From contig NW_025767023.1 of the NCBI RefSeq assembly GCF_003918875.1, positions 248,001 to 312,000 of the forward strand: a stretch of 64,000 nucleotides of DNA. Reading direction: 5' to 3'. Shown here piece by piece: positions 24,742 to 37,800 of this stretch; position 1 is the first letter of the stretch, and each line of letters begins with the position of its first letter. The stretch comes from Haliotis rubra. Taxonomy: Eukaryota. A program made the position numbers and the translations under genes. Below the pieces are notes generated by a model. It ran no database searches. It worked only from the letters and a program-made list of their open reading frames with translations, and was not told the DNA's origin.

Positions 24742-25620
24742 TCTTCAGAAGTATACCAAGTGGCATTACCATGAAACATGCCGTATTATATATGAAATAA
24801 GGCTGCATTTGATGGTGTATATCAGGATGCAGGGACTTTATATATTTGTCGCGAGAAAATGAACTGATTAGTAACGAACTTTGCAACTTGCATTAAACCA
24901 ACCCTCCGGCAATCTGATAACTGCGGTCAAACCGTCAAAGGGTCAAATGGCTAAAGGAACATGAAAGACGATGTGTGCAAGAACAAACTTCAATGATTTG
25001 ATTGTCCAAAGACAAACTCTCGTGGTTCCAGTACCCCTTAGACAAGGACACTTCATCCAAACAATTGGCAAAGGACAAAGGGCATTGCCGGTTTTGCAGT
25101 ATTTGAATGTCCGAGGTCAGGCTTGGTGGAACAAACGATGCATTGCAACTGTCTATAGCCTCTTTGGGTCAAAATGATACCGATGAATCACAATCTAAGG
25201 TGTGGCACCAAAGAAAACCCTAAGCTTATTTGCAGTTGTTGCCTTGGAAAAGCAAAACTAAATAAAATTAAACTTACAGAGCACCACAATGCACCTTCCC
25301 TAAGTGTACGTTCCCTGAAATGCATGGCCTATTATATACTTTATAGGTTGAATGTGTTCTTAAAATGAAATACATATTTGATCAAATACGCAACATTTTA
25401 AAATATTAATTGATATTTTTTAAAACAAAAATATTGATATTTTGAACTGGTGAACACATAGAGGACCGCCGTCGCATAAAAAACGACATTCACGCACTCC
25501 ACGATTGGTCGTCAACGCAGTATCCTTCCGGTGACACAGGGCTGCAAATATGTATTTCCAATCCCAACTTGCTGAATTTAACAAGCAAGACATTAATTCC
25601 TTCACACTATGACGTATTTG

Positions 25621-25975
25621 TGAGTGAGTGAGTGAGTGAGCGAGCGAGTATGGGTTTACGCCGCTTTTGTCATTGTTTCAGTAATATCAAAGCGGGGAAC
25701 ACCAGTAATGGGCTTCTCACATTGTACTCATGTGGGGTATAGGCGGATCCAGAAATGTTATTAAATGACCATTGAAACTCGATGGAAATGAAGTGTGCAA
25801 CAACAACAACACACACACACCCTTTCAAGACTGAAACCCACCCCACCCCCAACCCCACCCCACACACACCCCACCCCTTTCTCAAAAAGCTGTGTCCGCC
25901 CCTGTGGGGAATCGAACCCGGATCTTCGGCGTGACGAGCGAACGGCTTAACCACAAGTCTACCCCACCGACCCCT
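25621..25975 (-). mobile_element. SINE family A interrupted by a ~165-bp TIR element (GGCGGATCCAG...TCCGCCCCTG, 25738-25904)
   Basis: The two SINE halves rejoin at TGTGGGG. Confidence 0.7.
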
Positions 25976-26369
25976 TATGCATTTGTAGTTTGCATACTAG
26001 AGTAATCGTAATCCCCCCGTGTGTTCTATGCAGTAGGTTGTACACCCAAACAGATCTGCTATGTTTATCGGGGCAAAACTTAACATACACGACCCAGTTT
26101 TCATTTTTATCGAATAAACTGGGTCAGTGGCGGTATATAAACGCGGGCGTGCATGGTGCGGTGCGTGGGGTGGCGGGGATTGATCTGGAGGTTGTGTTGG
26201 GGAGGGGGAGGGTGTGTGTCTCGTCAGCTGCCAGTGTGCTGACTTTGTGCAGTCATTGTCGTAAGTGAGATCAAGATTTGTGGTAACAGCTCAGTTGTTT
26301 TCGAGGTGGCTGGCCAAACACTCACTGTATCAGACCCAACCTTATGGCCAGTTCAGTACAAGGAACAAG

Positions 26370-27845
26370 GTGTTAGACACATGCAACACCAGTACACAAG
26401 TTGTCAGATACGTGCAACACGCAAACAAAGTTGTCAAGCACATACAACAAACACACACTAGTTGTCAGACACGTGAGACAGACTATCACAAGCATCCACA
26501 CAGGTAAAACTGCTCACAAACACACGTTGTAAATCGCGTACAGCATAAACACAGCTGTCCGTCACGAACAATACACAAACACAAGTAATCAGAAACGAGC
26601 AACACATACACCAGCTGTCAGTACAACACAAACACAAGTTGTGAGACACGTACAACTCAAACACAAGTTCTCAGACACATACAGCACACAAACACAAGTT
26701 GTCAGACATGTGCAACACAAACAAGTTTGTACAACACATAAACACAAGTTCTCAGACACGTACAACACACAAACACAGGTTGTCAGTCACGTACTAATCA
26801 AACACAAAATGGTCAGACACGTACAACAAACAGACACAAGTTGTCAGACACGTGCGACACACAAACACAAGTTGTCAGTCACGTGCAACACACAAACACA
26901 AGTTGTCAGACACGTACAACACACAAAAAAGTTGTCAGTCACGTACAAATCAAACGCAAAATGGACATACACGTACAACAAACAGACACAAGTTGCCAGA
27001 CACGTACAACACACACACAAGTTGTCAGACACGTACAATACATAAACAAAAGTCAGACAAGTGGAACACAAACACAGGTGTTCATTCACGTACAACACAC
27101 AAACACAAGTTGTCAGACAAGTGCAACACACAAACACAGGTTTTCATTCACGTACAACACACAAACACAAGTTGTCAGACACGTACAACGACAAACACAA
27201 GTTGTCAGTCACGTACAAAACACAAACACAAGTTGTCAGACACGTACAACACACAAACCCAAGTCAGACAAGTGCAACACACAAACACAAGTTGTCAGAC
27301 ACGTACAACACACAAACACAAGTTGTCAGAGAAGTGCAACACACAAACACAAGTTGTCAGACACGTACAACACACAAACACAAGTTGTCAGACACGTGCA
27401 ACACAAACACAAGTCAGACACGTACAACACACAAACACAAGTTTGTACAACACACAAACACAGGTTTTCAGACACGTACAAAACACAAACACAGGTTTTC
27501 AGACACGTACAACACACAAACACAAGTTTACACAACACACAAACACACATTGTCAGACACGTACCACACACAAGCAAAAGTTTGTACAACACACAAACAC
27601 ACATTGTCAGACACGTGCAACACACAAACACAGATTGTCAGACACGTACAACACACAAACACAAGTTGTCAGACACGTGCAACACAAACACAAGTTGTCA
27701 GAGACGTACAACACACAAACACATATTTTCAGACACGTACAGCACAAATACAAGTTGTCAGACACGTGCAGCAGAGACACAAATTGTCAGTCACGTACAA
27801 CACATAAACACAAGTTGTCAGACACGTACAACACACAAACACAAC
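26370..27845. repeat. Minisatellite, ~31-bp unit ACAAGTTGTCAGACACGTACAACACACAAAC
   Basis: Visible tandem periodicity; degenerate at the left end. Confidence 0.95.
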
Positions 27846-28724
27846 ACTTTTACCGTTTGACACAGACCAGTCCCGAGGTTATCACATACATAAACATTAC
27901 GCATAATACGATATCTTAAAACCAGGCTATATTTCCCGCTTGGTCCTTAACGGACACATTTTTGTCAATCTGTATATGAGATATGGCAAGCAGCACGGGC
28001 GTTCACATTTGAATATATACGGTATGGGCATATTGACAGAGACGTGCCAACTGGCACTCAGCCAGAAGTGGAGAGTAGACACTAGATATATAGATCCACT
28101 CACGACACAGAAGTATAGACTAAAGACGATCAGAAACTGTCTACATGTGTAGGGAGTTGATTCCGGATTAACTGCTGTACAAATATACTTCGTCAAGAGT
28201 GAAAAACATAAATCCTATGTGTAAAGCATACTTTTTAACGCACCGGAAACGAAAGCGAAAATAGGGATCCTTGGATACTGAGCGCCGACGACGCATCTCC
28301 AGCGATGTAAACACCGGACTGGTGGGCACTGCCTGTGACTATTGGTAGGTGTAATGTACGTATAATGCTCGTATACCCTTTGTTTCATAACACCTCACGC
28401 AGGTTTTAGACGGGCGGTCGGGGTGCAGTGTTTTTGATGCACATGTGAATGAAAATGCTTCCCTAAAGCTTGTCCTATTTTTGGTTGACCACTCACTGCA
28501 TGTATTTGTACATTTTCTTTACGATCCTCCAAATGTCCGAAATGAACAAAATGCTGAAGTACTATATGTTCTATTCAATAATGTCTATTTGTTTATGACT
28601 CACAACATATTTTCCTTTCCATATCCGAGGAAGGGTTTAGAGTGACTGCCTTGCCGACTCAAATATTTCTACCTTGGCTTTATTGTGATTTGTGCGTGTG
28701 GTATTGGATCGATAAGCAAACAAG

Positions 28725-29362
28725 AACAAATGTCTGCACGTCTTGTGCCACCTTGTCAACAAGGATAAAAGTCTGTACGCCTTGTGCCACCTTGTCAACA
28801 AGGATAAATGTCTGTACTCCTTGCTCCACCTTGTCAACAAGGATGAAAGCCTTGTCTTTACGCCTTGTGACGCGTTGTCAACAAGGATAAATGTATGTAC
28901 GCCTTGTGACACCTTGTCAACAAGGATAAATGTCTGGATGCCTTGTGACACCTTGTGAACGAGATAAATGTCTGTACGCCTTGTGACACCTTGTCAACAA
29001 GGATAAATGTCTGTACGCCTTGTGACACCTTGTCAACAAGGATAAATGTCTGTACGCCTTGTGACACCTTGTCAACAAGGATAAATGTCTGTACGCCTTG
29101 TGACACCTTGTGAACAAGGATAAATGTCTGTACGCCTTGTGACAATGTCTGTACGCCTTGTGACACCTTGTGAACCATGATAAATGTTTGTACGCCTTGT
29201 GACACCTTGTCAACAAGGATAAATGTCTGTACGCCTTGTGACAATGTCTGTACGCCTTGTGACACCTTGTGAACCACGATAAATGTTTGTACGTCTTGTG
29301 ACACCTTGTCAACAAGGATGTATATGTCTGTACGCCTTGTGACACCTTGTCAACAAGGATAA
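28725..29362. repeat. Minisatellite, 39-bp unit GATAAATGTCTGTACGCCTTGTGACACCTTGTCAACAAG
   Basis: Tandem copies, some partial. Confidence 0.95.
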
Positions 29363-29928
29363 GCATGTGTATCGATTTATTTAACCGGGGCAACAGTGAA
29401 GTGCGTTTACGTTAGACAGAAGGATCGTTTTGGAGGTGTTGTAAACCCAATATGTAAAAGCAATACCATAGGTGAAAACTAACGCAATATGAACAAAAAT
29501 TAACGCGATTTTATATATTGGGGTTATTCAGGTGTGGGTGTCGGGTGGAATCATAGCGGCTCTCAGACTACTGTACCAATTCTTTGAAAGAATTTGTATG
29601 TATAAATATAAACTAGACATCGACTACATTCTTCTCTTGCAATATGTGTGTAGGCGTAATTCTTCAGTTATAATAGCCACTAGCATGGATTTTTTGATAA
29701 AATTACATAAGTGTAGAATCCGCACCTCAGAACAATATATACTTGTGTATCAAATTGCACGGACTACATGTATCCCATGTGTATCAGTTGTATCAGTTTA
29801 TACTGAAATGTAGATACATCAACCATATATCCATCTTTGCCTTAAAATGACGCAGAATATTCTATATTAAGGGCACTCTACGCTTTATAAGTGAAAACTT
29901 ACCTAAGGTGAGTGCGTCGATACCCTTC

Positions 29929-30688
29929 AAAACTATTACATTGTGTGTGCGGTTATTAAAGCTATTACATTGTGTGTGCGGTTATTAAAATTATTACATT
30001 GTGTTCACGGTTATTGTAACTATTACATTGTGTGTGCGGTTATTAAAGCTATTACATTGTGTGTGCGGTTATTAAAATTATTACATTGTGTGTGCGGTTA
30101 TTTTAACTATTACATTGTGTGTGCGGTTATTAAAATTATTACATTGTGTGTGCAGTTATTAAAACTATTACATTGTGTGTGCGGTTATTAAAGCTATTAC
30201 ATTGTGTGTGCGGTTATTAATCCTTACATTGTGTGTGCGGTTATTAAAATTATTACATTGTGTGTGTGGTTATTAAAATTATTACATTGTGTGTGCGGTT
30301 ATTAAATTATTACATTTCGTGTGCGGTTATTTTAACTATTACATTGTGTGTGCGGTTATTAAAGCTATTACATTGTGTGTGTGGTTATTAAAATTATTAC
30401 ATTGTGTGTGCGGTTATTTTAACTATTACATTGTGGGTGCGGTTATTAAAATTATTACATTGTGTGTGCGGTTATTTTAACTATTACATTGTGTGTGCGG
30501 TTATTAAAACTATTACATTGTGTGTGCGGTTATTAAAGCTATTACATTGTGTGTGCGGTTATTAATCCTTACATTGTGTGTGCGGTTATTAAAACTATTA
30601 CATTGTGTGTGTGGTTATTAAAACTATTGCATTGCGTGTGCGGTTATTAAAACTAATACATTGTGTGTACAGTTATTAAAACTATTGC
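29929..30688. repeat. Minisatellite, 29-bp unit AAAACTATTACATTGTGTGTGCGGTTATT
   Basis: About 26 tandem copies. Confidence 0.95.
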
Positions 30689-30764
30689 TTGGGAGCATAA
30701 GACATGTATAGTACGTGCTGGCACATATACATGGTCTGTGAGAATCCCACGTTCATGTGTAAAA

Positions 30765-30934
30765 GGGGCAGTGGGGTAGCCTAGTGGTTAAAGCGTTGGC
30801 TCGTCACGCCGAAGACCCGGGTTCGATTCCCCACATGGGTACAATGTGTTCAGCACATTTCTGGTGTCCCCCGCCGTGATATTGCTGGAATATTGCTAAA
30901 AGCGGCGTAAAACTAAACTCAGTCAGTCAGTCAG
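30765..30934 (+). mobile_element. SINE family A, full length
   Basis: TSD TCATGTGTAA. Confidence 0.92.
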
Positions 30935-31819
30935 TCATGTGTAACATGAGACAAACGCCCTTGACGCTAACATGTAATCAATCCTAGTCGGAACCCATCA
31001 TAGCGTCGCTAATTGAGCAATGCCGTTACTGCTTCCTCCATATCGATAATCGTTTTGAAAAGAACAGGTCGCCCGAAACAAATAACTACTGAAAATATTT
31101 GAATAATGTTCAGTGAATATGTGTAAACACAATTGTTGGGAAAGGTCTTCTAAAGTCTTTTCGTTTATGAGGATCAGTTACATTTGGGCATATTTAATTA
31201 CTATGTGCATGTGTGCGCGCGCGCGCGGGTGCGTGTGTGTATGTGTTGGGGGGGGGGGGGATGTTGTTAAGAACAGAATACTTCACTCTGTCAGTTCCCT
31301 CTTAACAACAAATTGCTTTTAAGGTCACAAAGCGTGACTACCGAACAATTATTCATGTCTACACCATACACCACGAGTTAATGTTTTAAAAGTATATTCT
31401 GGAACTCATTATTTTTGAGAATGTAAAACAATGTAAATTGTTTGATAGTTTTGTATTGCGGCACCCAGAGAAACACCGCCATACTTGAAATCTTCGAGAC
31501 AGAGTGGAGTTTATGCTTACAAAATATCAGAAATAATACAAAAACATGCTTTGTGTACACATGACTATTGCAGTGTATGATGTGTGCATACTTCGAACTG
31601 AACAGAGACCATATATCGGCCTCTGGACTGAACAACACAAAATGACCTCCTCGTCTATTTATAACAGAGTTGGGTTCATTATAAAACATGAAACTTTTTT
31701 TCGATTCAGACCAAGTAAATTCTTGACTGATTCCATAACAAATGTAAGTTGCCGTTCTCATCATGCACTTTGGTTTCTGTAGGAAATGAGGACCGGCGGT
31801 TCTTATGGCAGCATCCAAG

Positions 31820-34800
31820 ATGGCGTCTAAATCGCGTGGAACTTACGAGAACACGTGCAGAAACAGCTGCGGACCAGCAGCTCAGTTGGAGAGGGGAAGT
31901 TGGGAAATGTGTACAAAGTCACAGGATTTAACGGCGAGCAGGTACAAAATGTACAATTACGTTTTCAAACACTGCAAAAAAGATTATAAGCTCAACAACT
32001 GTCATATTATGAGAAACTAAACGTCTCGGACAATGTTATATTTTTTGGTCAGTTAAACAGTGGCATCATTTACGGAAACAACTCACCTTTTAGCAGAGGA
32101 CTTCTTATGGATATGGAAAGAACTTTTGTCACTGTTTGGGAATATTTGTAATAACATTCACAAGGTACAAAAATGCAAAATTTGTCAGATGGAACAACTA
32201 AATTGTCAAATCGCAAAGAAAAAGAAGTTAATATGAGGACTATATTAGACCAGATAATTCACGATATCAGAAATCATTATGGAAACCAAATATAATCATG
32301 TGAATTTTAAGCAGAATTTGCTGTTTTCGAGACTTGCGTAAGCTAAACATACCACCAAAACCATCGCACGACTTTCATCCATTTCTTTGAAATTTCCCAA
32401 ACCTCTGATTGACAAAATTTTGAAGATGCCGGTGGACGCGAAAGGCCCTCGTCATGCCTTCCGATTTTAGTCCTGAAACTCAGATATGTTTTGGTATAAT
32501 TAATGCATCGCTCTTTTGATTGCCTGGCGGCATTAATGGGTACAACAAGGACTGGTCGGCTCGGAGTCAGTATAATGTGTTTGAGTGGGGTATTCATGCT
32601 TCACTGCGGCATGGTATTTCAGTGGGCTAGCACTATAAAACCAGCTTCAGTCTGGGCTAGTACAAGCAGCCGCACATACACATACACACGCATGCACGTC
32701 GTCATATGAGCGAAATATTCTCAAGTACGACGTTAAACCCAATTTCACCTCACCTCACCTCTTTTGGTACTGATCTTCAGCACTAAATAATAATCTTGTC
32801 GGTTTGTCAGTTCTGCCTTGAAAGTGTCCGGATACCTCGATGCCACGAAGAAAGAGGAGAAGTACCTCAAGCGTGAGGTGGAAACCCTGTCCCGGTTTGA
32901 TCACCCCCACATCGTAAAGTATATAGACGGGTGGGAGATACGTGACAGCCAGGGTCAGCTCCGTGTCTATATCCTCACGGAGTACTGCTCGGGGGGTGAT
33001 CTAAGAAGCTACCTGAACAACACTCTGGGACGACCGCCACCGGAAGCTGTGTTTGGCGCATGGCTGGCACAGATCGCTTCCGGCCTGGAGGTAAGACGCA
33101 TACAGGGCCCCGTTGCACAAAGCGATCTGAGCGCTACGACTTTCGTAAGTCTGTGTTCAAGTATGTATTTTATGACCTCTAAGAAAGCTTTGTGCAACGG
33201 GGTCCCGGAATATTTAGTGCTGTCCTATTTATCTAATATCACTATCTGTCAGATTTTGTGACTGATGCTGAACGTGTTGAGATATGTGTATAATGAATAT
33301 TTTATGTATTAATTTGTAATTCCAGCGTCCATAACGCAAGACAATCTCCGTTCTTGGGCAATAAAGTAGTATTATGTTTTACAGATTAATGATGAAAATG
33401 CAGCAGAGAGGGTTCGGGTGGTCCTGGCACAGTCAGGCTGGTAAGGCTCATCATCAGCTCAGGGCCCTTGCCCCCTCTACACGCAGCCCAGACAGCGAAT
33501 GGGACTTCTCCCAGGAAATGCTGCCTAGTCGAACCCACCAAGAACTTTCCGGAGAATATGAAGGCTCCCCAACACTGCAGCCTTCTGCATTACCTTGAGT
33601 GTCAGAAGGGCTGTGCTCCCGGTGGAGAACCAAGGCACTTCCTGATCTGTGCCAAGAGATTATTATTATCTGACTTTATGATTCTCATATTTTGATGACT
33701 TAGTTAATAGTGTGTAGCATTGGCATTGATACAACCATATAACACTGTTAGTTAATAATAGTTCCAGGGTGACTGAATTGGTTTCTTTGAAACTTTTGAA
33801 CAGTTGTTCAGATACATCATGACGTGTTAGATTGACAACCCGCAATTGGACAGGTGAACGCCTTTCACCGCCTCGGTGAATCAAACAAGCGCTGGTATTG
33901 TACAAGTATTTAGAAACCGGGGAAAAAGATCAGTGAACAGTTTCGAAACCATTCGCAGTGTGGCAAGTGAATGTTTGGCAAATCGTAATGATTACTATTG
34001 ATCCACGTTAGCGTTGAAATTTGGAAATCTTATCCCTATCGTCCTACAATATCCTTGGGGGTCATACCTTCTACTGTCATACTACACTCTATTCCCAATC
34101 CGTTTATTATTAACACACAACCATTATTAGAAACTAGAAATTTATGTTATTTCCAAGTATTCCCTACTTTTGTATGAGAGTATAATTATTACGCCATTGT
34201 AATCATCGAGCTGTACCCAACCAACCGTTAGTGACAACAATAAGATGTCCGTATTTTTTCTGTGTTTCCAGCTTATCGCCCTCCCTTAACTAAACTAAAC
34301 GGCAAAAGAAAGTATAGGTGGAGTTTGATGAGTGGTAAACAAAACACAACAAATCAAATTGGCGAAGCGTGTGTATATCGTGAAAGAAGGGTTAATGATC
34401 ATTATTAGGCCACAAAATGATTGGAATACAGGCAACACATAACATGTGGGCGCTAGTTGAACAATGGTGGGGTCCAACAACTCATTTTTCAGCGATGTCT
34501 TAAGAGCCACACATGATTGTCAGTCATTGTCCAAGTTTACACAACAAACAGAACATGTCTCAATACCGCTTCGTCTCATTGATGCCGTCAGGCGTCTGAT
34601 GACGGGTGGTGGGATTCTCTGCCACTCTTCTCTCAGGGCACGTTCCATCTCATCTCTCGTCACTGGGGGTTGTTGACGATTCCTTAACCGTCTGCCCAGA
34701 TCGTCCCACAGATGCTCTATGGGGTTCATGTCGGGTGAACAGGCAGGCCAAGGGAGAACATCAACATTGTGGCGGTTGAGGAAGTCCTGTGTCAATCTTG

Positions 34801-37800
34801 CTGTGTGGGGTCTGGCATTGTCATGTTGAAACACTATCCCCTGTGGCTGGTTCCGCAAGAATGGAAGCACAACTGGGCGCAGAACTTGCTCTCTGTACTG
34901 AACAGCATTCAGGTTCCTTTCACAATGACCAGGTCAGTCTTCTGTTCCCCACAGATGCCTCCCCAGACCATAACACCTCCCTCCGAACGGATGGACCTCT
35001 CGGATGCATGGTGGACTTTAAACGTTCACCTCTTCGGCGATAAACTCGTTGTCTGCCGTCGTTCTGGAACAACTGGAAACGACTCTCGTCAGAAAACAGT
35101 ACTCGGCGCCATTCTCGCACTTGCCAGATTCCAACTTGCATCGCCCATTGTACCCTTCGGCGTCGATGTTGTGCTGTCAGGAACATTCCTCGGAAGGGAC
35201 GGTAGGCTCTGATTCCTGCAGCACGAAGTCGTCGGAGTACTGTGCGTTGGCTGATGCGATGTCCCAGCGCTGTTGCAGCCGTCGCCGTCGCCGTGACGAA
35301 CCTGTTCGAATTCGGCGATCTTCCTGGGGTGTTATGACACGTGGTCTTCCCGTTCTGGGTTTGTCTACAGTCCTTCCTGTCTGTCGGTAACGTTGCAGCA
35401 GCCTGGATACCGTTAAAGGCGTGCACCCGTACCTTCGTGCAATCTGGACCTGTGTTGTCCCCATCTGTTGCATACCAATCACCCTCTCTCGCTCCTTTCT
35501 TGTCAGTCTAGGCATATCGATTGTGTGCTTTTGTCAACTGTGTTGTCAACCCATGGTTTCACCTTATTTATACGCCAATTCGGCACGTGCATCTCCCTCT
35601 GCAGCCTTTGCACGTGTTTTACCATTTTCTGGTGCAGCGTGGCACCACCGGTCATGATGTGTTTGGGAGATGCGATTTTGCATCCTTGTGCTTGGGGACA
35701 ACTGTCTGAATGCATACTTTCAACCAGCTATCAACACTTTCACAGTAAATTGACTTTTTCCGACCTATACTTTCTTTTGCAGCTTAGTTTATTTTTACAG
35801 CCTAAACTTATTAAATGGTATCCTTTCTCAATTCTCCATGTGGACATTTTGTGCCTTGATGTGAGTGAGTGAGTTTAGTTTTAGGTCGCTTTTAGCAATA
35901 TTCCAGCAATATCACGGCGGGCAAACCTCTTTAATCACAAGGCTACCTTACTGCCCCGCCTAGATGTGAAAATACTATTATTATTATTATAGGATATGTA
36001 TGTAGCGCACATATCCAGGCAACTAGTGTATGCTCAAGGCGCTTATACTTTTTCCCTCGATCATTGGATGTCAATCTCAATAACACATCGTATTATCAAT
36101 CTCAACTTCCTGGGGAGTATACATCTCTTGCAGCCACTAGGCGCACCGAGTTATTGTGGCTTTCTCATCCTATTACACCAGGTTAAATATGGGGATGGGG
36201 ATGGGGATGACTACCTTTTTACCCACCCCACCTTTTACATACATCAATCAATGAGGAAGTCCAACATATCAGCTTAACCTTTATTTATCTATATCATTTG
36301 AAAACTGTGTCCAACGCAAAGCGATTCGATTGACATCATGAATGAATTTTAAGCTTGTTTACACAATTAGTGAAAACCCCTTTATATGTTTTTTTTCCTT
36401 ACATATATCCTATGTTATCATCCCGCCACTCTCTTGTTGGAGATAAGCTTGAAGCTTGGAGATATTAAACACATAAAAACAGGAATGACCTTGAAACGAT
36501 CCACGACATGGATAATACAATGGAATATGTAATGCATTGTATTGTATGTGTCACGGTCATATATGTGGCCCTTTAAGCCCACTGACAAAGAGTCTATGTG
36601 TTAAATACTCCTATAAATTATATACTCGACACACACCTCAGCGAGCGCCAATTACAGAATACAATGAATGCGCGGTGTTGCGCGTACAAAGAGCAGTAAC
36701 AAAATAGGCAGGGATTGAAACACACTGTAGACCTCTGTCCGACTCGAAATGCAATATACTGTCATTATATAAACATGTTTTTGCTATTCAGTATTGTATA
36801 GTATGAAATGTGAGGCATACATACTTTTTGGGGGTTTACAACAAATGATTTGACAAGTGTTGTCACCAACTAAAGTTGAACTGTTTATGTACTTTGAAAG
36901 CTCTTACCTGGTTGATAAAAGATATATCTATAATGTTGCGCAATAATATTCGCGTTCCCTCTCAACACCCCTGCGTTCCTTCGTAAAGATATCTTAGTGA
37001 CACAGTGAGGGTTAGACACATGGGCTCCTTCAAGTTTGGGAATGTCACCTCCTTAAGTGATAATACTCCTGATCTTTGAAAGAGCGACGTATGTTCGTTA
37101 CGCCTCGCATATCAGATTTTAGCAGATTTGACAATCCACGCTAGATAAGATCCCATTACATTTTGACAGTGTCAAATTCTTATGTGATTAACTACCTTCG
37201 TGAACTATGTGAGAAATATGAAGTTTGAGAGTATCTGTTAATTGCCAAGTCGTTTGCAACATACGTTTATGATGATTTTTTTTTTCATTTAAGTCTTTTA
37301 TTACCCACGTTACAAATACAGGGTCGCTTGTTAAATAAGCGTTTGATATAAATATCATGTACAATTGAAGTTCATATTTTATTATAAAATATGCTAAGAT
37401 TTGCAATCCTTTCAATAATGTCGACAAGCCTGGTTGAATTATTATCGCAATATTTGCATTTTTAATACATACTTTTACATGCACCAGTCAAGGGCGTATG
37501 TTACACACATAATCAGCATGAACTGATGTATATAACGAACTGATGTATATAACGAACTGATGGATATAACGAACTGATGGATGTAACGAACTGATGGATG
37601 AAACGAACTGATGGATATAACGAACTGATGGATATAACATACTGATGGATGTAACGAACTGATGTATATAACGAGCTGATGGATGTAACGAACTGATGGA
37701 TGTAACGAACTGATGGATATAACGAACTGATGGATATAACGAACTGATGGATGTAACGAACTGATGATGTAACGAACTGATGTATATAACGAACTGATGG

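Noticed and set aside
26641-27919. Long His/Thr/Gln-rich ORFs (up to 355 aa), and similar ORFs over the other arrays
   Set aside because: They are open in several frames only because the repeat units lack stop codons; no splice or codon evidence.
26370-30688. CRISPR-like arrays (29-39-bp periodicity)
   Set aside because: Units are contiguous with no unique spacers, there are no cas genes, and the context is eukaryotic.
30765-30832. tRNA-Asp genes
   Set aside because: These are SINE heads: no acceptor stem, and each is followed by SINE core, tail and TSDs.
33374-33695. GC-richer exon-like patch in intron 2 of copy 2 (likewise 10441-10653)
   Set aside because: No consistent open frame with splice sites and no recognisable domain.
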